The notes beneath the pieces are model-generated. The model had not been told where the DNA came from. It made no database searches and saw only the letters and a list, made by a program, of their open reading frames with translations. Of a stretch of 64,000 bases of DNA, positions 40,813 through 49,803 are shown one piece after another (within the stretch, counting starts at the first letter, position 1; each line of letters starts with the position of its first letter). Source of the stretch: an uncultured Gemmatimonadales bacterium. Lineage in GTDB: Bacteria; Gemmatimonadota; Gemmatimonadetes; Gemmatimonadales; Gemmatimonadaceae. The position numbers and the translations under genes were made by a program. The stretch lies in NCBI GenBank assembly GCA_963851265.1, contig CAWKNZ010000009.1, forward strand, positions 1 through 64,000, in the 5' to 3' direction.

Positions 40813-41961
40813 TCAGTGCCGCTGACCGACGAGATCGATGCGCCGGCGACTCGTCGCGAGAAAGCGTTCGCGTTCGACGAGGCGCCCGTCGTCCACGACG
40901 TGCCGCCCGCGGGCGAACACGTGCACGACCTCGAGCGAGTCGGCGCGGAGCACGAGCACGTCGGCGTCGCAGCCCCGAGCGAGGCGCCCCTTGTGCGGCA
41001 GCTTGAGCACCGACGCGGTGTTGCGCGTGATCAGCGGGAGCATGCGCGCGAGCGGGATCCCGTGGCGCACGACGCAGTCGCGCCACTCCGCGGCGAGCTG
41101 GCCCGGACTGCTCGTCCCGGTGTCTGACGAGATCGTGAGGCGGTCGGGATGGCCGCCGTGGTCGAACCAGTACGTCACCCACCGCGCGAGGTCACCCTCG
41201 ACGGTGTCGATGTCGGCGTGGGCGCCGCGCGCGACGAGGGCGATCGCCTCGTCCATGAGCGCCTCCGTGCGCTCGATGTGTGTGGGGTAGAGCATGTCGG
41301 GCGTCACCGGGTAGTCGCCGTCGAGCAGGTGGAACAGGCGGCGGAGCCGGTTTGCGTGCGCGCCGACGTGGAAGTGGGTGACGCCGGCCTTCCGACTCAG
41401 CATCCCGCCCACGTGCGTGTCGAGCACGAGCTTCGCGAGCTCGTCGGCCGACGGGTCGACGCCGCGGTGGTCGGCGATCGCGATCTCGCCCGCGCCGATC
41501 ACCTCGTCGATGAACAGCATGTCGTTGCGGATCGATCCGGTGACCGTGGTCGGCGGCACGTTGTAGCCGCCCGACCAGCAGTACGCCGTGAGCCCCTCCT
41601 CCTTGAGCCCCTTCACGCGGGCGAGCAGGCCGGCCATCGTCTTCATCGTCGTGTCGACGCCCAGCGCACCCACCACGGTCGTGATACCGTTAGGCACGAT
41701 CTCGCTCAGCACGACTTCGGGCGTCTGCGTCGCGTAGCCCTCCTCACCGCTGCCGCCGAGGAGGTGCTCGTGGGGGTCGATGAAGCCGGGGGTCGCGAAG
41801 CAGCCCGTCGCGTCGACGACGGCGAGGTCGAGCCCGGCAGCTTCGACGGCGCGCCGGTCCACGCGTCCGATCGTGCCGACCTTGTCCCCGACGAGGAGGA
41901 GGCTCGCCGTGCCGAGTGGCTCGGGGGCGAACACGTCGGCATTCTCGATCAGCGTGAGCAC
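40813..41961 (-). CDS. iadA: Isoaspartyl dipeptidase (beta-aspartyl peptidase)
   Basis: PGFIDPHEHLLGGSGE.G..T.TPE, GITTVVG.LG.D, GEIAIADHR, HFHVG, PTH, ISSD. Confidence 0.9.
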   Translation of the reverse strand: MLTLIENADVFAPEPLGTASLLLVGDKVGTIGRVDRRAVEAAGLDLAVVDATGCFATPGFIDPHEHLLGGSGEEGYATQTPEVVLSEIVPNGITTVVGALGVDTTMKTMAGLLARVKGLKEEGLTAYCWSGGYNVPPTTVTGSIRNDMLFIDEVIGAGEIAIADHRGVDPSADELAKLVLDTHVGGMLSRKAGVTHFHVGAHANRLRRLFHLLDGDYPVTPDMLYPTHIERTEALMDEAIALVARGAHADIDTVEGDLARWVTYWFDHGGHPDRLTISSDTGTSSPGQLAAEWRDCVVRHGIPLARMLPLITRNTASVLKLPHKGRLARGCDADVLVLRADSLEVVHVFARGRHVVDDGRLVERERFLATSRRRIDLVGQRH

Positions 41962-42091
41962 ACGATGCGGGGCGGATTGTTGGCGGCCAAATTGCTGGGG
42001 GCAATGGTCGTTCCACTCGCGTATCCGCGTCGCGGTCTCCGCGTGGTGCGCGCACCGTCGCTCGGCGCACGAATTCCACGGTAACAGGGCC

Positions 42092-42421
42092 ATGAAGGCG
42101 ACCATCTACGACCGGCTACAAGGCGACCGGGTCGCGCACGTGGTGCCGCCTGCGTACCGCGACGTGCTCCCGTCGCCGCTCGATCCGGCGGCCTCGTACT
42201 CGGTGCTGTTGTTCGCGCACACGGCCCGGGACGTCGTCCCCTCGGCTGCGGTGCGGCGTGCGCTCCGGCGGCTCGGCGCGCCGGCCGCGGGCGGCATTCT
42301 CGCGGTCGGTACCGTGTTCACCGCCGAGGCGCTCGCACTGCTCGCCGAGCAGGGCGCGCAGGTCGTCGCGCAGCGGAAGGGCCGGTGGACCGATCAGAGC
42401 GCGCGCGAGCGACAGCCGTGA
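42092..42421 (+). CDS. Hypothetical protein
   Basis: ATG-started 109-aa ORF with globular composition; stop overlaps the next GTG. Confidence 0.55.
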   Translation: MKATIYDRLQGDRVAHVVPPAYRDVLPSPLDPAASYSVLLFAHTARDVVPSAAVRRALRRLGAPAAGGILAVGTVFTAEALALLAEQGAQVVAQRKGRWTDQSARERQP

Positions 42422-42771
42422 GCCGCGGAGCAGCGGACGAGGACGCGGGACGCGCGAACGTCGGCCATGCGCGAGGCGGACCCTGGCTGACCTACCGGTA
42501 CCGCTTCGCCGACGCGGCCGGGGCCGAGGCGAGCGGGACGATGAAAGCTCCTTCGTTCCTGAGCGCGGCGCGGCGCATTCTCGCGCGACGGCTGACCGGT
42601 GCGCTCGGACCCGAGCCCGCATACCTCCGACTCCGCGCCGCCGGCGAGGACGAGGTGCTGCTGCGCGTCGTGCAGACCCCGGCGGACGCTCCCGACGCGC
42701 CGCGTCTCGAGGTCGTGCCGGCGGACACGTACCGCTTCGTGTCGCACGGTCCTGCTTCCCCGGGCAGTTAG
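42418..42771 (+). CDS. Hypothetical protein
   Basis: Coupled to the upstream ORF by a GTGA overlap; host-like codon usage. Confidence 0.45.
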   Translation: MSRGAADEDAGRANVGHARGGPWLTYRYRFADAAGAEASGTMKAPSFLSAARRILARRLTGALGPEPAYLRLRAAGEDEVLLRVVQTPADAPDAPRLEVVPADTYRFVSHGPASPGS

Positions 42772-42798
42772 ACGCGTCGCGTGCGGGTCGCCTCGACC

Positions 42799-42840
42799 GC
42801 GTCGCCTCCAGCGCGTCGCCTCCAGCGCGTCGCCTCCAGC
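42799..42840. repeat. Three exact 14-bp tandem repeats (GCGTCGCCTCCAGC)
   Basis: Copies at 42799, 42813 and 42827, with a degenerate copy at 42785; intergenic. Confidence 0.9.
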
Positions 42841-42943
42841 GCGGTGACGCGCGTGTAGCGACCGATGCGGAGCGAGGCACGTAGCTTGTCGGGTGCGTGC
42901 GCGATCCCGCGCTCGTCCGTCCGCGTCTCGAGTCCCTACCCCG

Positions 42944-43819
42944 ATGTTCGAACACCGGCCGCGCCGTGCGTCGGCGCTCGCCGTTCGTTGGTGCGCGGCC
43001 CTTGCCCTCGCGGCGTCCGTCCTCGCGGCGTGCAGTCCCGTGTCACAGGATCAGGAGGTCCAGCTCGGCGCCCAATCCGCGCAGCAGATCAGCGCGCAGC
43101 TGCCGATCCTGACCGATCCGCTCGTCACCGCGTACGTGGACAGCCTCGGCCGCGCGATCGCACGGCACACGGCCCGGGCCGACCTCGACTGGCACTTCGC
43201 CGTGGTGAACACCGACGTCGTGAACGCGTTCGCCCTGCCCGGCGGCTACGTGTACGTCAACCGCGGCGTGCTCGCGCGGGCGACCACGATGAGCGAACTG
43301 GCCGGCGTGCTCGGGCACGAGATCGAGCACGTGGTGAGGCGACACTCGGTGCGTCAGATGCAGCAGACCCAGGAGGCCCAGACCGGCGTGGCGGTCGTGT
43401 GCATGCTCACGAAGGTCTGCACGCACGCGGCCGCGCAGGTCGGCATCAACCTCGCGGGCACGCTCGCGTTCGCGCGGTTCAGTCGGGCCGACGAATCGCA
43501 GGCCGACTCGGGCGGGTTCCAGAACGTGATCCGCGCCGGCATCGACCCGACCGGCATGCTCACCTTCTTCCAGACGCTCGCCGCGACGGAGCAGGCGGCG
43601 GGCGGCGGCCCGTCGCTCGTCTCCGCATGGTTCACCGACCACCCGGGCACGCAGCAGCGGATCGACGACATCCAGCGGATGCTCGCTACCCTGCCCCCCG
43701 GCGCGCGAGCCACCCTCGCGCGGGATGATCCGGCGTATCAGGACGTCCGCGCCCGGCTGCGCACGTTGCCGGCTCCCCCCGCGCCGGTCGACTCGACGCG
43801 CGCCGATGCGTCACGGTGA
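42944..43819 (+). CDS. M48 family metallopeptidase lipoprotein (BepA/LoiP-like)
   Basis: Lipobox LAAC, VNAFALPGGY, ELAGVLGHEIEH, FSRADESQAD, DHP...QR. Confidence 0.9.
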   Translation: MFEHRPRRASALAVRWCAALALAASVLAACSPVSQDQEVQLGAQSAQQISAQLPILTDPLVTAYVDSLGRAIARHTARADLDWHFAVVNTDVVNAFALPGGYVYVNRGVLARATTMSELAGVLGHEIEHVVRRHSVRQMQQTQEAQTGVAVVCMLTKVCTHAAAQVGINLAGTLAFARFSRADESQADSGGFQNVIRAGIDPTGMLTFFQTLAATEQAAGGGPSLVSAWFTDHPGTQQRIDDIQRMLATLPPGARATLARDDPAYQDVRARLRTLPAPPAPVDSTRADASR

Positions 43820-43916
43820 CCACCCGCGTCGCGATCTGCTCCGCGGCCCGACGCGCCGCGCTGGACCATGCCCGACGCGGTGCGTTGAACCAGAGGCGCG
43901 TTACACGACGGGCGCC

Positions 43917-44924
43917 TTACACCACCCAGGGCTGGGGCACCCACGCGTAGCCTCCACCTTCCGCGCGGACGTGGCCCAGACCGGGGAACGGCAGGTGGTA
44001 GCCCATGACCCGCGTGCGGCCGGCCGCGGCCTCGGCGAACAGCGCCCGCCGCGTGGTGACCGCCTGCGCCGGATGCGTGTCGAACGCCATCGTCCACTCG
44101 GGGCGCGCGAACTGGATCGCGTACTGGTGCACGGCGTCGCCGACGTGGAGTAGGGTCTCGCCGCCGACGGTGATGCGCACGGCCTGATGGCCGGGCGTGT
44201 GGCCCGGGGTCGGGACGTACGTCACCCCGGGAACCAGGGTGGTCCCGGCCGCGGCGCGCTCGAGCCGGGAGCCCACGCCGCCGAGGAACTTGCGCGCGGT
44301 GGCCGTGGCCTGGGTGCGGCCTGCGGGGGGCACGCGTGATCCGGTCCAGTCCTGCCGGTCGCTCGCCCAGAACGCCGCCTCGTCGGCCGCGACCAGCACG
44401 CGCGCGCCCGGGAAGGCCGGCGCGCCGTCGGCCCCCAGCAGGCCCGCCACGTGGTCGCCGTGGGCGTGCGTGATCACGACGGCCGCGATGTCGGCAGGTG
44501 CGACGCCGACCCGCGCCAGGCCGCGCGTCAGGCGGCCCGCCGTGGGGCCGAGCGCCGTGCCTCCGCCGGCATCGATCAGGACCGGCCCGCCGGGCAGCTT
44601 GACGAGCAGGACGTTCAGGCTGAGCGCAACGTGATCGGTCGGGAGGTACGCGTCCCGGAGCAGCTGCGCGACCTCCGCCGCGGGTGCTTCGGGCGCGATG
44701 ATCGACTGCACACCCGGGACGGTGAAGACGCCGTCGTGGATCACGAACGCGTCCGCGCCGCCCAACTGAAACGCGTAGACGTCCGGCTCGGCCGCCTCGG
44801 GCGGGGTGGCGGACGGATGTGGCGTGCGGGGCGCGGCGAAGGCAGGTCCCGCGGCAGCGGTTCCGGCGAGGAGGGCGGTGCCAGCGGCCGCGTGTCGAAG
44901 CAGGTCGCGTCGTGTGATCGTCAT
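43917..44924 (-). CDS. Tat-exported MBL-fold metallo-hydrolase
   Basis: TRRDLL signal, LIDAG, ITHAHGDH, TPGHTPGH, GDAVH, GYHLPFPGLG. Confidence 0.92.
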   Translation of the reverse strand: MTITRRDLLRHAAAGTALLAGTAAAGPAFAAPRTPHPSATPPEAAEPDVYAFQLGGADAFVIHDGVFTVPGVQSIIAPEAPAAEVAQLLRDAYLPTDHVALSLNVLLVKLPGGPVLIDAGGGTALGPTAGRLTRGLARVGVAPADIAAVVITHAHGDHVAGLLGADGAPAFPGARVLVAADEAAFWASDRQDWTGSRVPPAGRTQATATARKFLGGVGSRLERAAAGTTLVPGVTYVPTPGHTPGHQAVRITVGGETLLHVGDAVHQYAIQFARPEWTMAFDTHPAQAVTTRRALFAEAAAGRTRVMGYHLPFPGLGHVRAEGGGYAWVPQPWVV

Positions 44925-45192
44925 CGGTCGAGTGTCGGGGACCAGGGTGTCGGGCGCCGCTGTGTCAGGGGTCGAAGCGGTCGTAGATCGGCACTCAACG
45001 TTACACCGCGCGGATTGGTGCGCGGGTCGGGCGCGTAGCCGACGCGGCGGCGACCACGCGCGCGGCGGAGGTACGATCCGTACCCCTTGCGACCACTGGT
45101 TCGACCGGCGGGTGGGCCCGGCCGCTCGAGGATCCGCGAGCCGAGCACCCGGCGTCTCGCAGGACGGGGCGGGTGCGACCGCGTGGATACCG

Positions 45193-45999
45193 TTAGGCCG
45201 CTCGCGGGTCGCCGGCGAGGTACGTCCCCAACGCCTGCCGCACCGCGTCCGACGTACGCGCCCCGGCCACGCCGTCGACCTTCACGAACACGCCGGGGAG
45301 CGTGTTCAACCAGCGCTGCAGGGCCTCGGCCCGCTCGGCAACCGCGGGATCGGCGGGGCGTGCGGTCGCGTAGGGTACGAGCGGCGGCGCGCCCGCGGTC
45401 GGGGCCTGCTGGTCGGGGAACTCCATCACGGCGCGCTCGGCGAGCCGTCGCAGCAGCACCGCCGCCCCGCACTGCGTCGAGCGCGCCGTGGCCGACCACG
45501 TGCCGTCGGCCACGTACTTGCCGCTGTCGTACCAGTCGGAGAAGCTCCACAGGTACGGCGTGCGGACCTCGGGGTGGTACAGCCGGTAGCCGAACCCGTT
45601 GTATCCCTCGACGTGGTAGAGCGTGTCGGAGAGCCCCCACCCGCTTCCCGCGTTCAGCCCGCGGCACGCGAGCGCGTCGCCGGCGCTCGCCTCCCAGGTG
45701 AACGGCGGACTTCCGTTGGTCGGCCTCCCTTCCGGCACGTGCGCCGTGCGCGCCGTGAGCGGGTCGCCGTTGTGGAGGTGGCACCTGAAGCTGCGGTCCG
45801 ACTCCATGTTGTGGATCACCGCGACGACGTACCACGGCACGCCGGTCGTGGCCTGCACGGCCTCGTAGCGCGCGCGGTCGGCGAGGATGCCGTCGCACAC
45901 GCGGTCGACTTCCGCGGCGTGCTCCGGGCGCGGCTGACATCCGTTGAACAGCGCCTCGTACTCGTCGCCGAGGGTGGCGGTGAACGCGACGGTGGACAC
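45193..45999 (-). CDS. Lysozyme-family protein (COG5526-like) with C-terminal peptidoglycan-binding domain
   Basis: GVPWYVVAVIHNMES, HLHNGDPL, YNGFGY, PYLWS, GKYVADG, then LQRWLN..VDGVAGART. No signal peptide. Confidence 0.85.
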   Translation of the reverse strand: MSTVAFTATLGDEYEALFNGCQPRPEHAAEVDRVCDGILADRARYEAVQATTGVPWYVVAVIHNMESDRSFRCHLHNGDPLTARTAHVPEGRPTNGSPPFTWEASAGDALACRGLNAGSGWGLSDTLYHVEGYNGFGYRLYHPEVRTPYLWSFSDWYDSGKYVADGTWSATARSTQCGAAVLLRRLAERAVMEFPDQQAPTAGAPPLVPYATARPADPAVAERAEALQRWLNTLPGVFVKVDGVAGARTSDAVRQALGTYLAGDPRAA

Positions 46000-46084
46000 G
46001 GGATTGATCCTCCTTGGGGCGGGCGGGGAGGTGCGAAGCGGGCGAAGCGCGCGGAAGGCGCGGAGCTGCCGACCGCGGATGTGC

Positions 46085-47446
46085 CTAACGCAGCGTCGTC
46101 ACCTGCCAGTGCACGAGGTCCGGGTACTTCGCCGTGGCGTCCACCGGGCGCTCGGCGACCATCTGGTCGACCGCGGCCGCGAACGACTGCTGCATGGCGT
46201 CCGTCGGCGGGGCGGGCGTGCCGAGTTCGGCCGTCGGCGAGAGCGGGAGCGCGGGAGCGGGCGGGGGCGGCGCCGGGCGCGGCGTGCTTCGCGTCAGCGC
46301 CGCCGACACGCTCGCGATCCCCTGCGCCCGCCGCGCGTCGACGCTGTCGGAGTACGGCGTGCCGGGCGCGCCGAAGCGCTCGGCGAGGAATTGCAACACC
46401 GACGTGTGGTCGAGCGGCGCGTGGCAGACGCTCGCGGCGTCGACCAGCGGGGAGAGCACCACCGCCGGCACGCGCGGCCCCGTGCTCTCGAACACCCCCC
46501 CGGGCGCGCCCGCGACCGGCTGCCGCACGGGGAGCGGCGGGACGTGGTCCCAGAAGCCGCCGTGCTCGTCGTACGACACGACCATCACCGTCGTCGCCCA
46601 GCGCGCCGGATTGCCGACGAACGCGGCGTACGTGCGCCGGAGGAACGCCTCGCCGAAGCCCACCGGGAGCGGCGCGTGGTCGTCGTTCCCGTGGCGGCCT
46701 AACATCCGCTCGATCGAGTCGTACGCCGGCTCGACGACGATCACCTGCGGGAAGGTCGCGTCCGGCTCGGTGAGCACGTCGAGCGCGAGGCGGCTCGTCG
46801 GGGCGAAGTTCGGGCCGAAGACGTGGCCGAGCTGCCCCGTGTAGAGCGTGAAGAACGAGAAGCTCTCGTGGTACACGCGCCAGCGCACGCCCCGCGCCGT
46901 GAGCCAGTCGAGCACCGTCGGCCCCGCGTCGATCACCCCGGTGCCGGTGGTCGCGATCGGGCTCGCGCCGGTGAGCGCCATCGTCTTGTTGGGCTGCGTG
47001 CTCGTCGGCAGCGGCGCGAACCAGCGGTCGCACGTGCAGTAGCTGCGCGCGAAGAAGCTCGTCACCGGGACGTGGTCGGCTCGAACGAACGCCATCGGCT
47101 CGGCCTGGCTGCTCGCCACGCGGCAGCCGTCGGCCCTCGCGTACGCCTCGACGAATCCGTTCATCTCGTAGCGCCCCGTGACGTCGGACTTCGCGAGCTG
47201 CGTCGTGACGGCACCGGCTTCGTGCGGCAGGTCGCAGGAGAGCGTGCCGTCGTCGACCATCGGCCACGGGTGGTAGAGCGCGCCGTCGAGCGGATTCGCG
47301 TACCGGTCGCTCGCGAGCGGTTGCGTGAGGCCGTCGACGCCGGGTACCAGCCCGTCGAGGCTCAGGTGCCCGAGCATGTGGTCAAACGAGCGGTTCTCCA
47401 TCATCACGAGCACGACCGTCTGCACCAGCGTGCGTAGCTCCGGCAT
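46085..47446 (-). CDS. Phospholipase C/phosphoesterase family protein, no signal peptide
   Basis: VVLVMMENRSFDHMLG, CDRWFA...T.PN, DDH, SYDEHGGFWDHV, GPRVP, DHTSVL. Confidence 0.9.
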   Translation of the reverse strand: MPELRTLVQTVVLVMMENRSFDHMLGHLSLDGLVPGVDGLTQPLASDRYANPLDGALYHPWPMVDDGTLSCDLPHEAGAVTTQLAKSDVTGRYEMNGFVEAYARADGCRVASSQAEPMAFVRADHVPVTSFFARSYCTCDRWFAPLPTSTQPNKTMALTGASPIATTGTGVIDAGPTVLDWLTARGVRWRVYHESFSFFTLYTGQLGHVFGPNFAPTSRLALDVLTEPDATFPQVIVVEPAYDSIERMLGRHGNDDHAPLPVGFGEAFLRRTYAAFVGNPARWATTVMVVSYDEHGGFWDHVPPLPVRQPVAGAPGGVFESTGPRVPAVVLSPLVDAASVCHAPLDHTSVLQFLAERFGAPGTPYSDSVDARRAQGIASVSAALTRSTPRPAPPPPAPALPLSPTAELGTPAPPTDAMQQSFAAAVDQMVAERPVDATAKYPDLVHWQVTTLR

Positions 47447-48213
47447 CAGTTTCCCCCGGGATTGCAGGTGGCAGTGACCACGGCAGACAGCAACGCCGGC
47501 GGCGGGTGCTGCGGGTCGCCGATGATCTCGCCCTGCGCCAGGGCGGCGCGGAGCGTCCACGATCCGGCCACTGAAAGCCCCGTGAATGCGACGGACGGCG
47601 CGCCGCCGGCGCTGACCACCGCGTCGCGCCCGCCGTGCGAGACGGTCAGCGCGCGCCCCGCCGCCGCCACGCCGGCGACGCGCAGGTAGGCGGGCGCCTG
47701 GTCGTTCGGCACGGCGAACGTCGCCACGACACTGTCGCGCCCGAGCGGGGCCGTGCGCCCGCCGACGGGGCGCGTGAGGCGACCCGACGCGACCACCACC
47801 TCGGTCGGCGCGGACGCCGCGGTCCGCCCGAACCGCTCGGCCGTGAGGCGAAGGCGCACCGTGTCGGCGCGGCCGAGCGAGTCGGACGCCGCGCCGGGGT
47901 AGACGCGCATCGCGAGCGACGTCGCGCCGCGCGCGTTCCACCGGATCGGGATGGAGTCGCCGGCGCACACCACGCGCGGCGGCGGCACCAACTCGGCCTT
48001 CACGCAGCCGAGCGCGGGGGCGGCTGCGAGGGCGGTCGACACGGCGATGGGGATACGCGACGCGCGACACGCCGTCGCCGGGACCCGGATGTAACGGCCG
48101 GTCGGCGGGGCCGCGTCGTCGCGTTCACCCGTGGCACGCGAGGCATGCGTGGCGCGCGTGGCGCGCGTGGCGCGCACGTGGTCGGCGGCGCCGTGGCTGT
48201 TTGTGTCAGGCAC
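47446..48213 (-). CDS. Putative lipoprotein, beta-rich
   Basis: Lipobox-like ALGC. Overlaps both neighbours. N-terminus encoded by a 9-bp repeat; true start may be downstream. Confidence 0.55.
   Translation of the reverse strand: MPDTNSHGAADHVRATRATRATHASRATGERDDAAPPTGRYIRVPATACRASRIPIAVSTALAAAPALGCVKAELVPPPRVVCAGDSIPIRWNARGATSLAMRVYPGAASDSLGRADTVRLRLTAERFGRTAASAPTEVVVASGRLTRPVGGRTAPLGRDSVVATFAVPNDQAPAYLRVAGVAAAGRALTVSHGGRDAVVSAGGAPSVAFTGLSVAGSWTLRAALAQGEIIGDPQHPPPALLSAVVTATCNPGGN
48131..48175. repeat. 9-bp tandem repeat x5 (GTGGCGCGC; three exact, two degenerate)
   Basis: Direct reading; encodes RAT-RAT-RAT-HAS-RAT in the minus-strand ORF. Confidence 0.8.
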
Positions 48214-49291
48214 TCGCCTGTCCGCCCCCGGCCGGCGACGCGGCCGCGACCGGCGTGCGACGCGGCTCCGGTCGCTGCCGATCGTCCGACGCCTCCTCGG
48301 GACTCTTCTCGTGCGGCTTCACGGTCGAGCGGATGACCATGAACTTGTTCAGCAGGTCGAACCAGAACGGGGCGCCGAACGAGACGGCGCACGCGGTGAG
48401 CAGCCACCCGACGATCGCAAGCGCGACGTCGGCCGGCGTCGCGGTGATCGACGCACGTGGCGACGCGGGCCCGCCCCCGAAGTGCTGGCGGGCGCCCACG
48501 ACGCCGGCCGCCCATCCGGCCTGCCAGCCGAGTGGGAGATCCAGTGTGTCGAGTTGGGCCACGACGTCCCCGAGCTTCGCCCGCAAGGCCGCCGAGTCCC
48601 GCGCGGTGCCGGTCGCGCTCGCGACGAGCGCCGCACGCGCGCCCTGGTCGTGGTAGAGGTACCGCGCGATCGTCACCGCGTTGGCGTTGACGGCGACGGC
48701 CGTCAGCAGCCCGAGTGCGAACAGGACCGCCTGGGTGCGTCGCTTGTACCACCCCGAGACCCGGTCCATACTCGCGTTGTACCAAGCCTCGACGTTCGCC
48801 CGCGCGCGGTCGAGATCGTCCTCGGCCATGTCGAGCGCGGAAAGCAGCGCACGCTGCACCGGCGGCACTCCGATCTTGGCGATTCCCGACCGCAGGTTGT
48901 CGACCGTGATCCGCGAGCTGTGCGCGTCCGCGGTGCCGCCGTCCTTCGCGTCGAGCCCGCGTGCGACGAGGTCGAACATGGCGACGGCGAAGTTCCCCGC
49001 CGGGATGTACGTCGGAAGATTGGTCGTCGCGAACGCGCCGCGGCTGGTGACCGTCGCCGGATCGTACTCGCCCTGATACAACCCGTACACCGACGGATGA
49101 TTGTACAGCGCGTTGACGAGGTGCGCTCCCGTCGCGTCGTGCAGCAGCTGCCGGAGGCCCTGCTCGAGGTACACCGCGCGCGTCTTGAACCACGCCTCCG
49201 CGAGCTCGCGGATCGCCGAACAGATGAGGCTCACGACGAGAAACACGAACACGAGACCGATCGCGACGTCGAGAATCTCCGAGCCGAACAT
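48206..49291 (-). CDS. Conserved-type multi-pass membrane protein of unknown function
   Basis: MFGSEILDVAIGLVFVFLVVSL, PTYIP, WYNASMDRVSGWYKR, LPLGW, GWLLTA.AVSFGAPFWFDLLNK; several hydrophobic helices. Confidence 0.8.
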   Translation of the reverse strand: MFGSEILDVAIGLVFVFLVVSLICSAIRELAEAWFKTRAVYLEQGLRQLLHDATGAHLVNALYNHPSVYGLYQGEYDPATVTSRGAFATTNLPTYIPAGNFAVAMFDLVARGLDAKDGGTADAHSSRITVDNLRSGIAKIGVPPVQRALLSALDMAEDDLDRARANVEAWYNASMDRVSGWYKRRTQAVLFALGLLTAVAVNANAVTIARYLYHDQGARAALVASATGTARDSAALRAKLGDVVAQLDTLDLPLGWQAGWAAGVVGARQHFGGGPASPRASITATPADVALAIVGWLLTACAVSFGAPFWFDLLNKFMVIRSTVKPHEKSPEEASDDRQRPEPRRTPVAAASPAGGGQASA

Positions 49292-49803
49292 CGTGTCCCC
49301 CGGGTGTGGGCTTCCGGACGCCGGACGACCTGGCGCGCCGTCGCGCCGTCCGGATGGTCCGGTACGCGAGACGGCCACCGCCTAACCAACGGCGGCGGGT
49401 CGGGGGCGCCGAGCTGCCGGCGAGTGAAACGCCTCCATAGTGCCCGGCGCTATAGTGCTACACGCGATAAATTCGTGCAAGCCGCGGAAACGCATGAGTG
49501 CGATCGCGCCGTTGCGCGACGATGTCCGGGCGACTCGGCGGCCGCTCGCGGCGTGCGTCGGGCCGAGCCGCTGCTTCCGGCGTACCCCGAGCAACCCGAA
49601 CGCGTGACAGATTCGCGACCGCCGCGCAGCCGTTCGGTGACAATGGTGGCGTACGCTGGCGCCGATGGCCTCCCGGCGGGGCGCGCCGGTCGGCCGGTTC
49701 GCCGACGTGTGCGCACGGTCCGCCCCGTTCCCCGCGTCCGCGGGCGCCGCCGTGCGGGCGGTCGCGCGCGTCGCCCCGTCCCACGCCCCGAACACCATCC
49801 CCC

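Noticed and set aside
43955..43980. Faint resemblance to the transposon IR
   Set aside because: Short, gapped, GC-rich match lying inside the MBL hydrolase coding sequence; probably chance.
15366..48175. Short tandem repeats (15366, 42799, 48131) as CRISPR arrays
   Set aside because: Units are 9-14 bp, contiguous, have no spacers, and no cas genes are present.
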